Shown here: in pieces, positions 60,732-64,000 of the stretch | Layout: every line of letters starts with the position of its first letter | How positions within the stretch are numbered: position 1 is the stretch's first letter | NCBI GenBank assembly: GCA_965153285.1 | Contig: OZ229110.1 | Length of the DNA: 64,000 nt | Source: Podarcis tiliguerta | Lineage: Eukaryota | Strand: one strand, 5' to 3' | Translations under genes and position numbers: made by a program | The notes under the pieces: model-generated | What the model was told of the DNA's origin: nothing | Databases searched by the model: none | What the model saw: only the letters and a program-made list of their open reading frames with translations

Positions 60732-62252
60732 TACATTGCCAGCTTTCAAATTTGTGCTAAGCAGGGACCTGCATGCAGAAATACAGTACCCATCTTAAGA
60801 CAGACAAGAGTGTCTGGAATCAGTCACTGCCTGGGCTGAGGAAGAAATGCAAGCTTAATCCCTTTATGACACATTGTTGGTGAGGAATTTACCATACTAC
60901 AGAACTGTGTTCACCTGTTTCTGGACAGGTCACGCATGGTTTTGGACCCAGCATTGGTCTTCAGACGTCCAAGTAGCCTTTGTAGCCTGAAGCATCTTTC
61001 ACCAAATTTGGTTGGTGCACCAGCTTCCTGAGGAAGTAGGTCTTATTCCATTATCCTTATTTTAGTTGCATTCAGATTAAGCTGCAGTGTCTTGTGACCT
61101 CCAAAAAGTGCCCCAAAGACCACCTCCTCTTGTAAAGACCTACCCATTTTAGGAGATCAAAATCCTAACTTCAGGTGCCCACACTGTTATGAGTTAGGCA
61201 GGCCGCAAATGGAAATAGTGCCTTTCAGTTGTGAACACCCTTCAAAGAGGTGCAGCAAACATGCTAACAAGTACTGCTGGCATTCTGAAGGCCATTTACC
61301 ACCTTACATTAAGCCACAAGAGTGCTCATACAAAATCATTTCCTCGCAAAGAAGGAACCTAACATTTAGAATTTATACAAGTAACCACAAACACTTGGCA
61401 GTGTGAAGCTTTCTCATCCTCTGTCCAAAGAAGCAGGGGAAAGTTGCTCAAAGTAGCCTAACTGGACATTTAAACCTAGCTCAGAAACACAGGCATGGTT
61501 AAACAAGTAACAAGTAAAATATCTAAGCAGTATTCTCTCCAAATGTTACATTAGCAGATAACATCAGTAATGGCAAATGTGAACACTCTCCTCTATGTCA
61601 CCATTTTAACATATAATAATTTGTCACTATGTGCTTGACTTCTCTAGCTTTTAGGGAGGTACTTCTGCCTTCTAATGGGGGCAAGAAAAGCGGCAGATAT
61701 ACAATTAATGCAAGCTAGTTAAACTGAAACTCAATCATGCAGCACTGTCACAATAATTAAGAATCTAAACAAATCACACGATACTGATAAGTCACCTCCC
61801 AACTCACCAGAAAAACTATCTTTAAGTAATGTTGAGGAAACATCAAGAAGCAAACTTCAGTTAAAGGCAAAACCATTTTCACATAAAGGAATTAAACCCA
61901 GGCAATCCTATTCAATCAGATTTAGTATAGTGAACATGCACATGACTTGATCATGGATTATTTTCCAGCGACCCAGGGCTTCAATTCCTGTTCCAAAACA
62001 GGACTTACAGATCCGGTTATGTGCCATTTTTGTAAACATACACAAAAAAACTTGCAGTGTTGATGCCATATTGATCCTAAACTGAATTTAAGTCATTAGT
62101 AATGGAGATAAAACTGCATGTGTAGCTAAGGGCTTAAAAAGAAAAAAAGTAGGAAAGCAAAGAGCATTGTGTTTAGCCAATATTTAGGGGAAGACGCAAA
62201 CACCAAAACATTAAGCAACATCTGCAGAGGCATACTAGCTGGTATTTCTTAC

Positions 62253-62403
62253 CTGTTAACAGAAAATGTTAAAAAGAAAAAAAAAATGTATTCTTTGTGG
62301 CTCCTTGCCCATTACAGGGTATCCAGGCAGCAGCAAAATCTTTAAATCTACAGTATTAGCAGATTAGCAGGCTGAATTAGGTTAAGATGAAGCCGATTTC
62401 TTC
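62253..62403 (-). other. PPP6R3: PPP6R3 non-coding 5'UTR exon (151 nt)
   Basis: gttttctcatag|GAAGAAATC...GTTAACAG|gtaaga; contains CCTGTAATGGGCAAGGAGCCACAAAGAA, which resembles the mammalian PPP6R3 leader as I recall it. Confidence 0.7.
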
Positions 62404-62794
62404 CTATGAGAAAACACAATACAATTTTATAACGTCAACACAATTTCATTAGTGAAGTCAATAATGAACACCTCAATAATGGAATATATTGAGAGCTAGT
62501 AACATGAGAGCAATTTAATCAGGGTAACGTCTCTCACATATTTTACACAACGGTAGAGAGAAAAGCTTAAACTGTACTTGGAGAAACTGCTGAGGCTTTT
62601 TGAGGGAACCATAATGTTTCAATAATCACCAAAGCAAAGGTACCCAATTTAACTCTTCCCCATTTCAATTGCTAGTATTCTCAAACATCATTATTCCCCC
62701 CCCTCCCAAACACACACTGCATTTAAAAAAGCAGTTTGGTATGGATTATGAACATTAATCAAAATAACATGCAGTTTTAATTTATAGTTCTAAG

Positions 62795-63144
62795 CAGTGT
62801 TAGAAAGATATAAAAACTAGGCGCTAAATGGCACCTTAAACCTAGATTATGGGCGCAACAACGGAAAGTCTAGGCGTGCTTTTTTATAACAAGAATACAA
62901 AGCTGAAAATGTATGAACTGCAGCTAAAATATTATGTTCGTTTTTCACAAAGTCTAGTCCTTCCCCTGCCCACCACCCTAATATTCTTAAGAGGGTCTCT
63001 TCTCTAGTCTTCATAGAGTAGCTGGAAGTGGGGAGGCAGTTTTCCACTTTGCAGTTTTAATCTGAAATCTTAGGTGCAGTATTGCGCCCAGAGCTAATGA
63101 AATTCCCTGTCCCAAAATGCTCCTAGGACAAGTTTTGAACACTG
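62795..63144. mobile_element. hAT non-autonomous element
   Basis: Termini CAGTGTTAGAAA / TTTTGAACACTG; perfect 8-bp TSD GTTCTAAG. Confidence 0.75.
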
Positions 63145-64000
63145 GTTCTAAGTCTTTAAATTCTAAAAGGGATAGAAATTCAGAACTACTATATGCTTTT
63201 GTACATCATGTGGTATTAAAATCAACGATATGAATGGCATCCAGGATCAAAACAAGTGGACAACTCAATCATTGTTTAACCAAAGGGACTGTGTTGGGTG
63301 GTAGTTCTTGAACAGCAGCATACATGGAAAACCACTTTTGAAGCAAGGAGCCTTTCAGGAGCAGTTTATTACCGTATGTGGTATGGGGTGTCCACTCGTA
63401 GGGGAAACAGAGAACATCAGGTATGCCCAAGCATACCCCAAGTACTCCTTTTGATCCTGAGCATTATAATCACCAGAACAACTGCAATAGTTCATTACTA
63501 TTAGCCCTCCATATTCTGTCTTTCAATACTGATTTACATGAGACAGTATAATAACCAAATCATACAATTTCCTTATTTAATAAATGGGTACCACATTCTC
63601 TAAGGAAATGAGAGCCAAAACACACATTTACAAAGCTGTAATTCCCAGAATTGTGTGGGTTCAGTGAGTTTACATTTATAATGGAAATGTTGTTTCTGCT
63701 GAGTGCCCTCAGATACTAATGACCTCTTTCAATTTAAGCAGCAAATAGGATAATGAGTCTTCAAACCAAATGTCAATGCAAAAGATTGTTGAATAATCAC
63801 TTTTACTAGATAAAGATAGAATGTTTCAAAGCAGTCCTTTTTGCTGGAGATTTCCAATAACATGATTCATTTATTTCCTGAATGAGAATGAATGCTAATT
63901 GGTTATGATCTGGAACTAAATAAAGCCTTGATGCTGTGTAGAAACATAATTTATAAACCTCCGGTCAGATGTCCTAATCATACACTTTAAGGGAGCAAGA

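Noticed and set aside
258-63504. Most ORFs in the six-frame track
   Set aside because: Short intronic or antisense ORFs with no recognisable homology; the real coding sequence is in spliced exons.
62404-64000. PPP6R3 promoter / exon 1
   Set aside because: No CpG island or GC-rich first exon is visible; it probably lies beyond the window.

Overview
Vertebrate genomic DNA from a squamate reptile, most likely a lacertid lizard (Sauria SINEs, a BovB LINE, CR1 tails, Tigger/hAT MITEs). Two intron-containing genes lie tail-to-tail. (1) Plus strand, ~496-17112: the 3' exons of an SLC9C-family (sperm Na+/H+ exchanger, sNHE) gene encoding the cyclic-nucleotide-binding domain and C-terminal beta domain; the gene begins upstream of the window. 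(2) Minus strand, ~18155-62403: PPP6R3, with a 151-nt 5'UTR exon, 22 core coding exons and an 18-nt microexon (about 872/878 aa). One coding exon falls almost entirely in a 148-N assembly gap, and exon 1/promoter is not identifiable in the window. Most ORF-track entries are spurious intronic ORFs. Main leads: an SLC9C gene at a position where mammals have none, loss of the cAMP-binding Arg in its CNBD, inverted Sauria SINEs bracketing a symmetric exon, convergent poly(A) signals 24 bp apart, an in-frame uORF plus AG|GT site in the PPP6R3 leader, a ~99-nt hairpin, a CTCF motif and several candidate cassette/poison exons. Comparisons to human proteins and synteny are from memory, not from searches.
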